A DNA stretch of 64,000 nt from Tannerella sp. (GTDB lineage Bacteria > Bacteroidota > Bacteroidia > Bacteroidales > Tannerellaceae), in contig JAITMM010000184.1 of the NCBI GenBank assembly GCA_031277335.1, forward strand, positions 2,541-66,540, in the 5' to 3' direction. Numbering within the stretch: the stretch's first letter is position 1; the number at the start of each line of letters is the position of its first letter. The notes beneath the pieces are model-generated. The model did not search any database and was not told where the DNA came from. It saw nothing but the letters and a program-made list of their open reading frames with translations. This document shows, piece by piece, positions 27,831 through 37,975 of this stretch. The position numbers and the translations under genes are program-made.

Positions 27831-28709
27831 TCATTTTCCTCTCTCCGCCCAGATGACGCCCGAAAGGATCATCAGCATCCCGATGACGGCGAAGACAGTA
27901 ATGATTTCGTTTAATAATAAAGCTGATGCTATGAGCGTGATTATAGGGACGTTATATACATAGTTGGTTGTCTGGATCGCGCCGAGATTCTTGAGGGCGA
28001 TGTTCCAGAAAAAGTAGCAAAACAGCGATGCCACGATGCCGAGAAAGATGAGATTCAGGAAAATGACAGGTTGCGATAAAAGTTGCCAGTCGGTGTTGAG
28101 CGGTCTGAACAGAAAGACGGGAAGGACGGTGAGCAAGCCGTAGAAAAACACTTTTCTTGTGATCATTGAAACAGGGTAGCGGGCGCTTAACCGCTTCATC
28201 ATGATGGTATAAAATGCCCAACTGAGGGCGGCGAGCAGGCTCAGCACATTGCCTATCGGGTTTAGTTTGAGGATGAATTTACCGTTGTAAACGACAAATG
28301 CCACGCCGATCAAAGCCATTAAGGAGCCGATAATCAGCCGTCTGCTCAGCCGTTCGTTTTTCAGAAACAGATGCGACAGGAAAGCCGTCATCAGCGGCGC
28401 GGCGCACACGATCAGGGACACGTCGGAGGCCTGAATGAAATGCAACGCATAGTTTTCCGACAGGAAATAGGCTGATCCTCCGGTGATTCCCAGCATGATG
28501 AAGATCAATTCGTCTTTCAGACTGTCGGCAAACAATTTGTTTCGACCGAAGAACCAGATGCCGATGTAGGCTAAAATGAAGCGGTACAGGAATATATCTT
28601 CCGGAGACAATCCGGCAAACAGTAACTTTTTAGTCGAAATAAAAGTTATCCCCCAGATTACTACGATGATGAAGGCGATCAGATGAAAACGACTGTTTTT
28701 TAAGGGCAT
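27831..28709 (-). CDS. DMT-superfamily (EamA-like) transporter
   Basis: 292 aa, about 10 hydrophobic helices, with the two-EamA-repeat architecture. Confidence 0.85.
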   Translation of the reverse strand: MPLKNSRFHLIAFIIVVIWGITFISTKKLLFAGLSPEDIFLYRFILAYIGIWFFGRNKLFADSLKDELIFIMLGITGGSAYFLSENYALHFIQASDVSLIVCAAPLMTAFLSHLFLKNERLSRRLIIGSLMALIGVAFVVYNGKFILKLNPIGNVLSLLAALSWAFYTIMMKRLSARYPVSMITRKVFFYGLLTVLPVFLFRPLNTDWQLLSQPVIFLNLIFLGIVASLFCYFFWNIALKNLGAIQTTNYVYNVPIITLIASALLLNEIITVFAVIGMLMILSGVIWAERGK

Positions 28710-28712
28710 ATT

Positions 28713-30197
28713 CTATAATATATTCAATTCCTGTCTGATAACGTCCATTCCCAAAATTTCGGCACAGGTGAAGAACGAAGTGACCGAGACGCCGAGCATC
28801 CCGTGCAGATTCAGGTTCTGACCTGTAAACAAGAGGTTTGGGATAGGGGTGCGCGGCGTAAGGATGGTGTACATCGGCTGTTTATAATCTTTTCTAATGC
28901 CATAAGCTGCGCCTTCGACCGTGTTGGTGTACGAATGATAGGTCAGGGGAGTGCTCGTATAGACTTTGTCAATGCTGTCTTTTAATGCAGGTAAATGCCC
29001 GGAAACAAGTTCAATACATGCTTCCGCACAGGCTGCTTTTATTGCTGTATAATCATTGCCGCGATTGCCGAGCGGTTTATTCTTCCATGGCTCGACCCGG
29101 CTCCACGACATGGGCGTGAGCAAATCGATACTTGAGGCATAATCCCCGTCATTATCAGGCACATAGTAACTGACTAACACGCTTGATACCGGATCGTCCT
29201 GATTGAAGCGCCAGAGGTCAGTATCTTTGCCGTGGATGAATATATTCCGGTTGGTATAGGGTAAACTATTGGGTTTTAGCTGTATATTTGCAGTGAACGC
29301 TCCGAATGAATTGGTGAGAGAAGTGATGCGGCGCCGGTATATGCGGCGCAACATTTTCGTTTCGTCGATCAATGAAAGAGTGTAGGCAGGATGGGCGTTT
29401 GAGATGACCCACTTGGAAGTAAGTTGCTCATGGTGATTGACTTCGATGATGGACAGCATTCCGTTTTGTTCTGCCATGCGCGTCACTTTCGCGCCGGTGC
29501 GAACTTCGCCGCCCATCGCCAGAATCTGATCCGTCAGTCTTTCAGCTATTTGTCCGCCTCCGCCTTTAAGCCGCCAGGCGCTTTCGATAAAGGAGCTGTT
29601 GATTTGCGCAAAGATGTATAGCGGAAGTGTTTCGGCATTCAGTTCCATCTTCAGCGACGTTCCGGACAGGACTTTGCGCAATAAGGGGTCATCGATTGTT
29701 TCGTTTAGAAAATCGTAGGCCGAGCGGGTAAATAATGACGACGTAAACAGCTCATCCTTATTTTGTTGACCGAAGGCATCGAAAAGATGGCCGCTCACCT
29801 GTTTCAAAAAGGCGGCATACGTCTTCAGGCTCCGGTGCTCGTGTGGAAATGACTGTGCCAGTGTATCAGTAAAACGCTCATAACCATTGGCCATCAGCCA
29901 GGATTGACGGCCAATCACCACTTCATCGAAGCCGGATTCGTCCAGCCTGTGCCACGGCAAGTCCAGCAAGCCGAAATAATGAAATAGGCGGTGCAGTGAC
30001 TGACCTTCGTCCAAGCCGCCTACATAATGCAATCCGGTATCAAACAGAGAATTACCGCGATAAAAAGATCTCAGGCATCCGCCTGTTTGCACATCCTGTT
30101 CCAGTACGCAGACCTTCAATCCGTTTTTCGAAAGGATAAAGCCACATTCAAGCCCTCCCAAGCCTCCGCCGACAATGATGACATCGAACTTATCCAT
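28713..30197 (-). CDS. FAD-dependent oxidoreductase, phytoene-desaturase/amine-oxidase-like
   Basis: 494 aa. N-terminal dinucleotide motif DVIIVGGGLGGLECGFILSKNG. Confidence 0.8.
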   Translation of the reverse strand: MDKFDVIIVGGGLGGLECGFILSKNGLKVCVLEQDVQTGGCLRSFYRGNSLFDTGLHYVGGLDEGQSLHRLFHYFGLLDLPWHRLDESGFDEVVIGRQSWLMANGYERFTDTLAQSFPHEHRSLKTYAAFLKQVSGHLFDAFGQQNKDELFTSSLFTRSAYDFLNETIDDPLLRKVLSGTSLKMELNAETLPLYIFAQINSSFIESAWRLKGGGGQIAERLTDQILAMGGEVRTGAKVTRMAEQNGMLSIIEVNHHEQLTSKWVISNAHPAYTLSLIDETKMLRRIYRRRITSLTNSFGAFTANIQLKPNSLPYTNRNIFIHGKDTDLWRFNQDDPVSSVLVSYYVPDNDGDYASSIDLLTPMSWSRVEPWKNKPLGNRGNDYTAIKAACAEACIELVSGHLPALKDSIDKVYTSTPLTYHSYTNTVEGAAYGIRKDYKQPMYTILTPRTPIPNLLFTGQNLNLHGMLGVSVTSFFTCAEILGMDVIRQELNIL

Positions 30198-30955
30198 TAA
30201 TGCTCATGGTTTTGCAGGATGCGATGAGGGAAGGAGCCATGTCCGATCAGCTCGATGGGGCAGTGATAGGCTTGTCCCAGCCACTCGTCGGACGGGTTAT
30301 TACCGGCATGATAATGAAGCGTTTCGTTGATGCAGGCGATATTTTTTACCATCGGCAGGATGGTGCCCGTGTCGTGCGAGACGAGGATGATGGACATGTC
30401 GCGGTTGATTTCTTCGAGCATTTGATACAGTTTGGCTTCGTACAGCTTGTCTACAAACGTATTAGGCTCGTCGAGAATCAGCAGGTCGGGATGCGAAACG
30501 ATGGCGCGGCAAAGCAGGACGCGTTGCAGTTCGCCGCCGGACAGATCGCTTACGGGGCGTTTGGCTTTGTCCCGGATCCCCATTTTGTCAAGTGTCTCGC
30601 TGATACGCTGTTGCTGCTCTTTGGAATAGTGTCGCCAGCCTTTTTTCTCGCTGATCAAACCTGATGCGACGACTTCGTGTACCGAAATGGGAAACGCCCT
30701 GTCTATCTGGTTGATCTGCGGTAGATATCCGATTTTCAGCATGTTGACCTGCCGGTCGTCCTTATAGAATATGATTTGGCCTGACGAAGGCTTCAACAGC
30801 CCTAAAATGGCCTTCAGCAGCGTAGTCTTTCCGCCTCCATTGGGGCCGATGATGCCGAGAAAATCATTTTTCCAAAGTGTAAAAGATATTTCACTCAGTA
30901 CGGTTTTTACGCCGTACTTCACAGTTATATCCTTCACTTCCAGTAACTTTTCCAT
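30197..30955 (-). CDS. Metal (Zn/Mn-type) ABC transporter ATP-binding protein
   Basis: 252 aa. Walker A GPNGGGKTT, signature LSGGELQRV, Walker B LLILDEP. ZnuC-like overall. Confidence 0.85.
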   Translation of the reverse strand: MEKLLEVKDITVKYGVKTVLSEISFTLWKNDFLGIIGPNGGGKTTLLKAILGLLKPSSGQIIFYKDDRQVNMLKIGYLPQINQIDRAFPISVHEVVASGLISEKKGWRHYSKEQQQRISETLDKMGIRDKAKRPVSDLSGGELQRVLLCRAIVSHPDLLILDEPNTFVDKLYEAKLYQMLEEINRDMSIILVSHDTGTILPMVKNIACINETLHYHAGNNPSDEWLGQAYHCPIELIGHGSFPHRILQNHEH

Positions 30956-33091
30956 CTATTTAATCAGTTCGTTTGCCATAAAAATCATCTGTTCGCGCCA
31001 ATGCCTGTCCAGCGGATTGATGACTACTGTGCGGGCGCCGATTTCTTTTGCCACCTGCTCGGCATGTTTGCTGTCGAACTCCTGCTGCACAAAAACCACC
31101 TTGACCCCGTCTGCAACGGCTTCGTCAATCAACGATTTCATCGAGGCCACCGACGGCTCTTTCCCGCCTGCTTCGATGGCCAATTGATTCAGCCCGTATT
31201 CCTCTGCAAAATAGGTCAATGCAGGATGATAAATCACAAAACTGCGGCATGACAGCGTGTCAAGCATCGCATGCATCTGAAGCTCCGTTTCGTTAATCTC
31301 CTGAATGAGCTGCCTGAAGTTTTCACGGTAAATAGCTTCATTTTCAGGGTCTAATTTTAGGAAGGCCTGTAATGTGTTGAGTGCTATCATTTTTGCCGGA
31401 CTTGTGGAACTCCAGATATGCGGGTCAACGCCTCCGTGCTGATGTTGGCTGTGAAGGTCTTCTGCATGAGTTTCTGTCGCAGATTCCTGATGTTCAGCTT
31501 CTTGATGCTCATCTATTCCCGACGGAGAATCAGATTCTCCTATCATCGGGATGCCTTTGGATAGGTCAAAAAATATAAGGTCAGGATTGTTTTGCCGAAT
31601 GACGTCGATCCATGCCTGCTCAAATCCTATGGGGCCAATTTGCAGATAGGCTGCGCTTTGAGCAATCCTGATCATCTCGCCGGGCGCCGGGTCATAGTTT
31701 TCGGGGCTTTGCCCGACCGGCACCACCGTATATACTTTATATTGTTCGCCTGCAATCTTTTCCACGAAATAGCGTTGCGGCTCGATAGTGACTGCGACGC
31801 TTTTTCTGTCGTTTTGAAGTCCCTGACAACCAATCAATAGCATCGGCAGGAATGCGATGGCAATCCGTCCGGCACTCAGCCATTTTTTCCCCAGATATCT
31901 TACGGGATACCATGAAACGAAAAGACCGATTGCGAACACGGTCGTGAAAATCAGCAGTAAATCGGTCGGAATGATCCGTACCGGGTAATTATTTGATAAA
32001 AATGCTCCCATATTTCCTAATTTAATCAATCCGAATTTAAGTTGAACCAGACAAAGCGCCACGCCGATCGTGATCCCTGCCACAGCGCCGAAAGTCGGGA
32101 TCATGCTGCCTTCGTACAGGAAAATGCGCCTGATCAGGCGATCGTCGGCTCCCATGCTGCGCAACATTTTCACATCTTCCTGTTTCTCAATCATCAGCAT
32201 GGAAAGTGAGCTGACGACATTGAATAATGCAATGGCCAGTATAAACGCCAGAATGAGGAATACCATAAACTTCTCGACCCGCATCATTTTATACGTAGAT
32301 GCCTGTTGTTCAAATCGATCCAATACCTTAAAATTATCGCCCAATACGGTTTGGATATTTTGCCTGACTGTTTTTATATTAGCCTGCGGTTTGAGTTTCA
32401 ACTCCAAGGCGGTGACTTCGGTTTCGTAATTAAGCAGACGGCGCATCATGTCAATCGGCAGAATCATATAGCTCTCGTCGTATTTTGCCTGATTTACACA
32501 AAATTCCGCAGAGATAAACGCATATTCAAGCTGAAACGCGGAAGCCACATTGGCCATGTTCAGATTCCTGTCGCGGACGGGCACATAGATTTCAAGCGGA
32601 TCGGTGAAACCTGTTCTGACGCCTAACGCCGAAGATAGTCCGATGCCTAATGCAGAGTAGTTTATGTCTTCTTCCTGCAACATGAATTTACCGTCAATCA
32701 GCAATGAATCGATGCTGACCATTTGCCGGAAATTGTCGCTCACGCCTTTGGCGACGGCTATTTCCTGCCTGTTGCGATAGCGTACCATCACATTTTCTTC
32801 GAGCACCTCAGTAAATAGTTCTATATCAGGCATTTGCCTGATAGGCTGAAATGAAGCGGCCGTCGGGTCAAAGACTTTTCCGGTGGCAGGCATGATTTTC
32901 AGTTCGGGGTCGAAGTTATTGAACATCGAGGCCACCAGCGTCTCGAAACCGTTCAGCACCGACAGGACACAGACCATCGCCACCGTTGCCACAACCACGC
33001 TGCACACGGAAATGAGCGAGATGACGTTAATGGCATTTTGCGATTTCTTGGCAAAAAGATACCGGCGGGCTATGTAGAATGCAAGATTCAA
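30956..33091 (-). CDS. Single 711-aa ORF: LolC/E (FtsX)-type permease (about aa 1-400) continuous with a ZnuA-type metal-binding lipoprotein (about aa 402-711)
   Basis: The N-terminal part has the MacB/LolE layout: TM1, a large periplasmic domain and three C-terminal transmembrane helices, ending ...SWYPVRYLG. It continues without a stop into KKWLSAGRIAIAFLPMLLIGC (a lipoprotein signal without its Met). A ZnuA body follows, with the His-rich loop DEHQEAEHQESATETHAEDLHSQHQHGGVDPHIW. Confidence 0.75.
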   Translation of the reverse strand: MNLAFYIARRYLFAKKSQNAINVISLISVCSVVVATVAMVCVLSVLNGFETLVASMFNNFDPELKIMPATGKVFDPTAASFQPIRQMPDIELFTEVLEENVMVRYRNRQEIAVAKGVSDNFRQMVSIDSLLIDGKFMLQEEDINYSALGIGLSSALGVRTGFTDPLEIYVPVRDRNLNMANVASAFQLEYAFISAEFCVNQAKYDESYMILPIDMMRRLLNYETEVTALELKLKPQANIKTVRQNIQTVLGDNFKVLDRFEQQASTYKMMRVEKFMVFLILAFILAIALFNVVSSLSMLMIEKQEDVKMLRSMGADDRLIRRIFLYEGSMIPTFGAVAGITIGVALCLVQLKFGLIKLGNMGAFLSNNYPVRIIPTDLLLIFTTVFAIGLFVSWYPVRYLGKKWLSAGRIAIAFLPMLLIGCQGLQNDRKSVAVTIEPQRYFVEKIAGEQYKVYTVVPVGQSPENYDPAPGEMIRIAQSAAYLQIGPIGFEQAWIDVIRQNNPDLIFFDLSKGIPMIGESDSPSGIDEHQEAEHQESATETHAEDLHSQHQHGGVDPHIWSSTSPAKMIALNTLQAFLKLDPENEAIYRENFRQLIQEINETELQMHAMLDTLSCRSFVIYHPALTYFAEEYGLNQLAIEAGGKEPSVASMKSLIDEAVADGVKVVFVQQEFDSKHAEQVAKEIGARTVVINPLDRHWREQMIFMANELIK

Positions 33092-33432
33092 ATGTTTTTG
33101 TCTTTTAACAGATCATCAATCTTTTCGATATAATCCAACGTGTCGTCGAGGAAAAAATTCAGCTCGGGTATTTTGCGAAGTTGAAGCCGCACGCGTTGAC
33201 CCAGGTCGTAGCGGATGGTGCGGCTGTTGTGTTCGATCGATTCCAGCAATTCTTTTCCTTTTTCGGAGGGGAAGATGCTGAGATATACTTTTGCCACGCC
33301 CAAATCGGGGCTGACCCTGACGGCACTGACCGAAATCAACGTGCCGGGCATGGCTTTGGTCTGTTGCTGAAACATGATACCTAACTCTTTTTGCAGTAAT
33401 CTATCGATTTTATTTAACCTTGTTCCTTCCAT
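33088..33432 (-). CDS. rbfA: Ribosome-binding factor A
   Basis: The start at 33432 (MEGTRLNKIDRLLQKELG...) gives 114 aa. Its stop overlaps the next ATG (ATGA). Confidence 0.9.
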   Translation of the reverse strand: MEGTRLNKIDRLLQKELGIMFQQQTKAMPGTLISVSAVRVSPDLGVAKVYLSIFPSEKGKELLESIEHNSRTIRYDLGQRVRLQLRKIPELNFFLDDTLDYIEKIDDLLKDKNI

Positions 33433-33462
33433 AATTCTTGTTGTTTTTAATAAAAAGCAGCA

Positions 33463-33470
33463 CAAAGGTA
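33463..33470 (-). promoter_or_regulatory. Candidate -7 box (TACCTTTG on the minus strand) for the rbfA operon
   Basis: The plus-strand sequence is CAAAGGTA. It lies 31 nt upstream of the rbfA ATG. Confidence 0.4.
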
Positions 33471-33535
33471 ACGGTTTTTCCCGAAACTCCAACAATCTGT
33501 GGGGAGTGATGATGGGATTTTGGAAAATAAATGTG

Positions 33536-33543
33536 TATATTTG
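33536..33543 (+). promoter_or_regulatory. Candidate -7 box TATATTTG for the GH9 gene
   Basis: TAnnTTTG match 70 nt upstream of the ATG at 33613. Confidence 0.35.
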
Positions 33544-33612
33544 CAGTGATTTTATTGCGTCCCGGCTCTTTGCGAAAATCAGACTAAATTTTCATATAAA
33601 CATTTATCTATC

Positions 33613-35721
33613 ATGTATAAAAGAGGTTATACCATTTTATTGACTGCTGTTTTAATGGCGGCTTGCACGTTGGTTCAATTCACTTCCTGCAAAGGTGCAG
33701 ATCTTTCATCGACTGTTGAAACGCCGTGGATCAGGCTTGGCGAAGTCCGCACGGCGTCCGACCGTGTCCTTGTGGCTTTCTTTACCTGCGATTCGCTGGA
33801 TATCAGCGCTATCGATGTTGCCAACCCTGCTGACTGGAAGATTAACGGACAGGCGGCAGAGGCCGTTCACCTGTATGCCATGCAGACGGACGGGATTCAT
33901 TTTCATGTCTATCTTGAGACCGGCAAGCTCGTCAAGGGAAAGAGATACAAGGTGGAAACTCCCTACGGAAGCAGGAGCATTAAGTTTAATGAGCGGGATG
34001 TGTTCTGCGAGTCGATTAAGACCAATCAGGTGGGATACAGCGCTTTGTCAAAGACGCGATATGCCGGTTTAGCGATATGGCTGGGAACCGGGGGAAGCAG
34101 GAGGATCGAAGGCGTTCTCCCTGATTACAAGGTTACTAATGCGCGTGGCAGCGTTGTGGCGAAGGGAACGGTGAAAGAGGCGGGAGATGATGTCTCGGTC
34201 GGCGGTTTTGTGTACAGGATCGACCTGTCGGAAGTGCCCGAGGGCGGACCGTATAAAATCACGGTGGACGGCTATGGCAGTTCTTACCCGTTCGGCATCG
34301 GAGGAGAGTTCTCCAACAGGCTGGCTTATACCATTTTCAGGTCTCAATACCTGCAACGTTGCGGGTGCCCTGTGCATGAACCGGATATCAGGGAAAACCC
34401 CTGTCACACACTGATCTATGATGTGGACGGCCCCATTGGTGAAGCCAATATCGACGTTGTTGGAGACGAACCGACCTTCCGTTGCTACGGCGGCTATCAC
34501 GATGCCGGAGATGCCGACAGGCGTGCATATCATATTTCCAATCCGATGCTTAACTTGATGATCTACGAGACTTTTCCAGAATATTTCACGGACGGACAGT
34601 ATCATATCCCCGGCGACTTCGACGCTGATTACCATATTATTAACTACGAAAACAATATTCCCGACATCATCGACGAGGCCATCTGGGGGACATTGATCTG
34701 GGAATATTTGCAAAATGAGGACGGTAGCGTTCATTTCGGCACCGAGACGCGCAGGTATCCGGAGCCTTTTGCGGCGCCGCTTGATCTCGATACGAAAAAG
34801 TACGGAACCGTTAGGGTTGACGACAGGGCGACCGCTCCGGCAGCCGGCCTTTTCATGCACTTGGCGAACGTTATCAAACCGTACAACCCTAAGAAATCTG
34901 CCGCTCTTGCCGAAAGGGGCGAACGTGCCTTCAAAGCCATCGGCGCAAGAATTGCTGCGCCCGAAAAGCTCTACTATCATATCCAGCGATATCTGTTGAC
35001 TCGTGATGAAGCCGACCATGCAGAAATCAGAAAGTTGTATACCGTAGTTGATTCCTTGAAATACAACCTGTATCTCACTCCGGGCTATTCGCTGAATGAC
35101 AGCAGATTCGATAATCCGGCCTATATCATGTCGTATGTATTGGAAAAAAGCGTTCCGACGGATGCAGCCATCGTGGAATACTTCAAAACGGCACTCAAGG
35201 CGGCGGCCGATGCCAACATTTCCGGGCTGGAGTCGCACGTATTCCCCGTCGGGAATAATCCTGATGGCCGTGATTGGGGGCACAATGTGCGCCAGCCGCA
35301 ATATGCAGCCATTCCGCTTCTGTATTGGAAACTGTCGAATGAACAGGCCTATTTTGATGCAGCCTCCGAGTTGATGGACTATAAGCTGGGTTTAAATCCA
35401 TTGGGAATCAGCTATGTATCGGCTTTGGGATTTAATCAGATACATAATCTCCACGACCGTGAAAGCGCTTATACCCAGGAACTCGGATGGGGCTTGAGAC
35501 CGGGCATTACCGCCTTTGGGCCGGGTGTGGCAGGCAGGTCGAGAAATGCAATGGTGATTCCGGCATTAAACGAGCTTCCCAAGGAACGCCAGTTTATTGA
35601 TGACAGGGCAATGATCAGTTTCACAGAGTTTACCATCTTTGAAACCATGCATTACGATGCGTTATATACCATCCTTGCAGGCGGCGGCAAATGGGATGGG
35701 GTAAATCCGTTTGAGCCCTAA
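33613..35721 (+). CDS. Glycoside hydrolase family 9-like lipoprotein
   Basis: 702 aa. Lipoprotein signal ...LVQFTSC, N-terminal Ig-like region and the GH9-type signature GGYHDAGDADRRAY. Confidence 0.8.
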   Translation: MYKRGYTILLTAVLMAACTLVQFTSCKGADLSSTVETPWIRLGEVRTASDRVLVAFFTCDSLDISAIDVANPADWKINGQAAEAVHLYAMQTDGIHFHVYLETGKLVKGKRYKVETPYGSRSIKFNERDVFCESIKTNQVGYSALSKTRYAGLAIWLGTGGSRRIEGVLPDYKVTNARGSVVAKGTVKEAGDDVSVGGFVYRIDLSEVPEGGPYKITVDGYGSSYPFGIGGEFSNRLAYTIFRSQYLQRCGCPVHEPDIRENPCHTLIYDVDGPIGEANIDVVGDEPTFRCYGGYHDAGDADRRAYHISNPMLNLMIYETFPEYFTDGQYHIPGDFDADYHIINYENNIPDIIDEAIWGTLIWEYLQNEDGSVHFGTETRRYPEPFAAPLDLDTKKYGTVRVDDRATAPAAGLFMHLANVIKPYNPKKSAALAERGERAFKAIGARIAAPEKLYYHIQRYLLTRDEADHAEIRKLYTVVDSLKYNLYLTPGYSLNDSRFDNPAYIMSYVLEKSVPTDAAIVEYFKTALKAAADANISGLESHVFPVGNNPDGRDWGHNVRQPQYAAIPLLYWKLSNEQAYFDAASELMDYKLGLNPLGISYVSALGFNQIHNLHDRESAYTQELGWGLRPGITAFGPGVAGRSRNAMVIPALNELPKERQFIDDRAMISFTEFTIFETMHYDALYTILAGGGKWDGVNPFEP

Positions 35722-36956
35722 TTTATCTTGTACGCCATCAGCGTATCGCCGTGACGTATGTAAAGCACGCCTTGATGAATCACCGGATGTGCCCAATGCG
35801 TGCCGTTGCCCGAGGTGATGCTGAAACTGCTGACGAGTTTAAATTTGTCGGGATTTGGTCTGACCAGGTTCATGGTGCCCTTCTCGCTGTAACAATAGAG
35901 CATGCCGTCGGCGGAGATCACGCTGCACGGGGCAATGTCCCGCACCTTGTATTTTGTTTCGCCGGTGTTCCAATCCACACAGAACCAGTTTCTATCCCTG
36001 TGCCCGGAAGCATAGACATATTCGCCGATCCTGACGGCACCACCCATCTGTGTATCCACACTGAGGTTTTCCCACACCTTTTCCACCGATTTTCCGCCGT
36101 TTTTCATTCGCAGCATGATTGCTCCGCCGCGGTCGCCTGTGGGAGAGAAAATCATGTCATTGTGATAGAGCGGAGTGTTGGGATGATTGTTAAATTCGCT
36201 TGTGCGGGGGAATGACCACAGTTTTTCGCCCGTATTAACGTTCAAAGCAATGATATAATCGAAAACGGAAGTGACCACGATTGGCATATCCTGATCGTCT
36301 ATATACTGAGGTGAGCAGTAGGCAGATACGGTGCCTTCACCGGGCGAGGACCATATCAATTCGCCCGTATTTTTATTCAATGCCACAACATTATATTTAA
36401 TTCCGCCGGGCGTCATAATGATTTTGTCGCCTACAATCAACGGCGATTCGGTGACGCCCCAGGTAATGGTTCTGCCATCGAAATCGGAAAAGAGATCTTT
36501 GGTCCAGACTTCATCAAGTGTCGCTGCATCCAGGCAAACGAGTTTGCCTAATGTGCTGTATATGTATAATTTGCCGTCATTGACACATACGGTGGATCGC
36601 GGGCCCCGGTTGTTTTCAATCCAATCCTTGCCAATGTCCTTCCTGTTGAGCAACCGGCCATTGAGGTCGAACATGTAAAGGATGAGGTTGTCGCCGGTCA
36701 TTCCGGTGATATAGAGCCTGTTGCCGGCAATGGCAGGCGAGGTATGCCCGTCGCCCAATCCATCGTATTTCCACAACATCCGGGGGCCTTCGGCAGGCCA
36801 TTCTTTCAACAAGCCGGTCTCGTTGTAAATCCCGTCGCGCTTTTCGCCACGCCATTGCGAGTTATTTGATTCAGAGACATTGCGTTGCGCATTCATATTA
36901 TAAGTGCAGAACGCGAAAAGCCATGCAACTGAAATGATGAAACTATACTTTTTCAT
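35718..36956 (-). CDS. Secreted PQQ-like (BamB/YxaL-type) beta-propeller repeat protein
   Basis: 412 aa with a signal peptide. Repeated blade motifs KLVCLDAATLDEVWT, NVVALNKNTGELIWS, YIIALNVNTGEKLWS and WFCVDWNTGETKY. Confidence 0.75.
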   Translation of the reverse strand: MKKYSFIISVAWLFAFCTYNMNAQRNVSESNNSQWRGEKRDGIYNETGLLKEWPAEGPRMLWKYDGLGDGHTSPAIAGNRLYITGMTGDNLILYMFDLNGRLLNRKDIGKDWIENNRGPRSTVCVNDGKLYIYSTLGKLVCLDAATLDEVWTKDLFSDFDGRTITWGVTESPLIVGDKIIMTPGGIKYNVVALNKNTGELIWSSPGEGTVSAYCSPQYIDDQDMPIVVTSVFDYIIALNVNTGEKLWSFPRTSEFNNHPNTPLYHNDMIFSPTGDRGGAIMLRMKNGGKSVEKVWENLSVDTQMGGAVRIGEYVYASGHRDRNWFCVDWNTGETKYKVRDIAPCSVISADGMLYCYSEKGTMNLVRPNPDKFKLVSSFSITSGNGTHWAHPVIHQGVLYIRHGDTLMAYKIN

Positions 36957-37951
36957 TTAATTGCCGGTTTATTAGCATCAGCCACCAGCCCCCGCATATA
37001 TTCCAATGCCAATTCGGTTTGGCCGTCGACAAATTTGAGGGTGCCGAGGTTTCCATTTTCGTCAATGGCGTTGTGGCAAAACTCCCAGTTTAGATAACCT
37101 TCATACCCGATACGCGCCAACTCATTGACTAAATGTCCGTAATGATGGATTTTCGGATAGCCGAATGAAGGGATGACATCAATTTTGCCGTCCGGCAGCC
37201 TTTCAAATTCGCCGTTGTAATGGAAAAGGACATCCAGATGGCCGATGGTATTGATTGCTTCGGTGATGTTTTCCCTGCTGTCTTCGGCAGGCGGCAGGTC
37301 GAAACAGATTTTCAGGTGGGGCGAGTCGACCCATTTAAGGATTTTCAGGCAATCGCGCCATGTGCCGGCATACGGTTCGTGGTTCTGCAGGGCGAGGACG
37401 ATCCCGTGATCGCCGGCCATCCGAGCGGCCTCCTTGAAGCAGTCTATCATGTAGTTCCAACGGACAAGCTTGGGAATGCCTTTCCAGCCGTCTGCCCATT
37501 CCTTGCGCGGCTCGTCATAATTGGCCCAGCCATCTCTGAAAGTGATTCCCGGCCATGCCGCAAAAACACGTAACGACTTGCATCCCAGGTCGGCGGCCAA
37601 TTTAATCTGTTCCCGGACCATCAGCAGTTGCGCTTCGCGGTCTTCGGGACAGGGGCTTGCAAAATTATTGTTGGCTGCCAAGGCAGGGAGTTCCAGTCCC
37701 AATTCGCCGGCACGGTCAACGACAGCCTTCCGCGTGTCGCGATCCCAGTCCATCGGATTGGCATGCGGGCGTTTAGCATCAAATTCGACGCCGTCAAAGC
37801 CAAAATCTTTAGCCCGCTGCAGTACCTGCTGCCACGTCAGATGCGGTTCCCTGAACCAGCAGCCAAGATAGGTGATCGAATAGAGGCCTACCTTCATTTT
37901 GCCCGGTGCGGCGGCTTTTGAGCTGTCCGCAATAACATTTTTATCAGTCAT
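36953..37951 (-). CDS. Sugar phosphate isomerase/epimerase (xylose-isomerase-like TIM barrel), cytoplasmic
   Basis: 332 aa with no signal peptide. Family-typical GFDGVEFD, LALQNHEP and NWEF segments. Confidence 0.85.
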   Translation of the reverse strand: MTDKNVIADSSKAAAPGKMKVGLYSITYLGCWFREPHLTWQQVLQRAKDFGFDGVEFDAKRPHANPMDWDRDTRKAVVDRAGELGLELPALAANNNFASPCPEDREAQLLMVREQIKLAADLGCKSLRVFAAWPGITFRDGWANYDEPRKEWADGWKGIPKLVRWNYMIDCFKEAARMAGDHGIVLALQNHEPYAGTWRDCLKILKWVDSPHLKICFDLPPAEDSRENITEAINTIGHLDVLFHYNGEFERLPDGKIDVIPSFGYPKIHHYGHLVNELARIGYEGYLNWEFCHNAIDENGNLGTLKFVDGQTELALEYMRGLVADANKPAIK

Positions 37952-37975
37952 AATTTTTAAGATATTTAGTTTAAT

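Noticed and set aside
34069-35301. A 410-aa minus-strand ORF inside the GH9 gene.
   Set aside because: It is fully antisense to a CDS with clear family motifs. Its translation is Arg/Gly/Val-rich with no recognisable domain or start context. This is the typical shadow ORF of a GC-biased gene.
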